Below are positions 63,459 through 64,000 of a stretch of DNA of 64,000 bases, piece by piece (the stretch's first letter is position 1; each line of letters begins with the position of its first letter). Below the pieces are notes generated by a model. That model did no database searches and was not told the origin of the DNA. It worked only from the letters and a program-made list of their open reading frames with translations. The position numbers were made by a program, and so were the translations under genes. The DNA is from Candidatus Micrarchaeota archaeon (lineage in GTDB: Archaea; Micrarchaeota; Micrarchaeia; Micrarchaeales; CABMGC01), in the NCBI GenBank assembly GCA_027365725.1, contig DAHXMA010000011.1, positions 3,591 to 67,590 of the forward strand, in the 5' to 3' direction.

Positions 63459-64000
63459 ATGAATATAGAATACCTGCCTAAAGAGGTAGTAAGTACAATT
63501 GAGGGAATTAGAAAAACCCACAAACACCATATTGAAGTTAAGCTGATTAACCAGAGGTGTTATTTGTATGAATCTACGAGCGTGTGGGATAAAGAGCGAA
63601 AGGTTGTTAGGAAAATATCGAAATACATAGGCAGAATTGGCGGGGACGGAGTATTTGTAGAGGCTTCTAGAAGAATACCTAAACTTGAAAGTAGTATAAA
63701 TAAAGAAAGGGAAAGGAGGACTCCGAAGAATATATATCTTAGCACAAAATTTGAGGCAGATATACTAAAAGAACTTAGCACAGATGGTACTTTAAGAAAT
63801 AAGGAATTGGCAAATAAGTTTGGTATAAATTTGGGTAGGATTAATAAATACAGGAAAAACTTAGAAACAAAGTACGGAATAAAATATTATAGTATAATAT
63901 CACCCAACGCGCTTGGTTTTACTAGGTTTATGGTTTTTATAAATTTCTTTAATAAAAAACCTTCTTTGAGAGAGCTAAATGAAATCCTTTTAAATGAACC
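63459..64000 (+). CDS. Lrp/AsnC-type HTH protein with N-terminal extension (partial; runs off the right edge), in AT-rich DNA
   Basis: Frame is open from ATG 63459 to the window end, so it is not in the ORF track. EADILKELSTDGTLRNKELANKFGINLGRINKYRKNLETKYGIKYYS is an AsnC-type HTH. It is preceded by about 90 aa containing CYLYESTSVWDKERKVVRKISKYIGRI. Confidence 0.55.
   Translation, partial: MNIEYLPKEVVSTIEGIRKTHKHHIEVKLINQRCYLYESTSVWDKERKVVRKISKYIGRIGGDGVFVEASRRIPKLESSINKERERRTPKNIYLSTKFEADILKELSTDGTLRNKELANKFGINLGRINKYRKNLETKYGIKYYSIISPNALGFTRFMVFINFFNKKPSLRELNEILLNE

Noticed and set aside
63560-63781. 73-aa minus-strand ORF in the AT-rich region
   Set aside because: Antisense to the longer open frame 63459-64000, which contains a recognisable AsnC-type HTH.

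Overview
Compact archaeal chromosomal segment: very high coding density, many 1-4 nt gene overlaps, and frequent TTG/GTG starts. Archaeal hallmarks are GatD/GatE, aIF5B, class V FBP aldolase/phosphatase, archaeal-type GAPDH/TPI/PGK, FtsZ-SecE, SecF/SecD, an aCPSF2-like beta-CASP RNase, mevalonate kinase, an NMD3-like protein, and four intron-less tRNAs without encoded CCA (Phe-GAA, Gly-GCC, Thr-CGU, Leu-CAG). Most of the window is housekeeping: translation, central carbon metabolism, nucleotide metabolism, and a protein-glycosylation/flippase island. There are also several large N-glycosylation-sequon-rich surface proteins. I see no rRNA, no CRISPR array or cas genes, and no recognisable RM, TA or published defence module. 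The most unusual items follow. (1) At 34.0-36.2 kb, a translationally coupled array of four divergent small paralogues has a C-type-lectin/FGE/DUF1566-like RLPTLSEF...WYW module and a conserved basic C-terminal RLK+xMR tail, plus an embedded 2-TM mini-ORF. I cannot assign this family. (2) A membrane-protein gene is inactivated by a perfect 7-bp tandem duplication plus an in-frame TAA. It lies next to an unusually long structured non-coding gap. (3) A HAS-barrel-less HerA/FtsK-type ATPase is fused to an unknown C-terminal region, right next to a sharp switch to AT-rich DNA at the right edge (probable acquired island). (4) A Cys/Gly/His-rich mini-protein sits divergent from a PadR regulator and beside a DUF59 Fe-S factor. 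(5) Two large repeat/beta-helix surface proteins are present. (6) A bacterial FadE-type acyl-CoA dehydrogenase is present. The lineage guess (a small-genome archaeon, DPANN/Micrarchaeota-like or Thermoplasmata-like) is inference only. All family assignments come from motif recognition by eye, not from searches.
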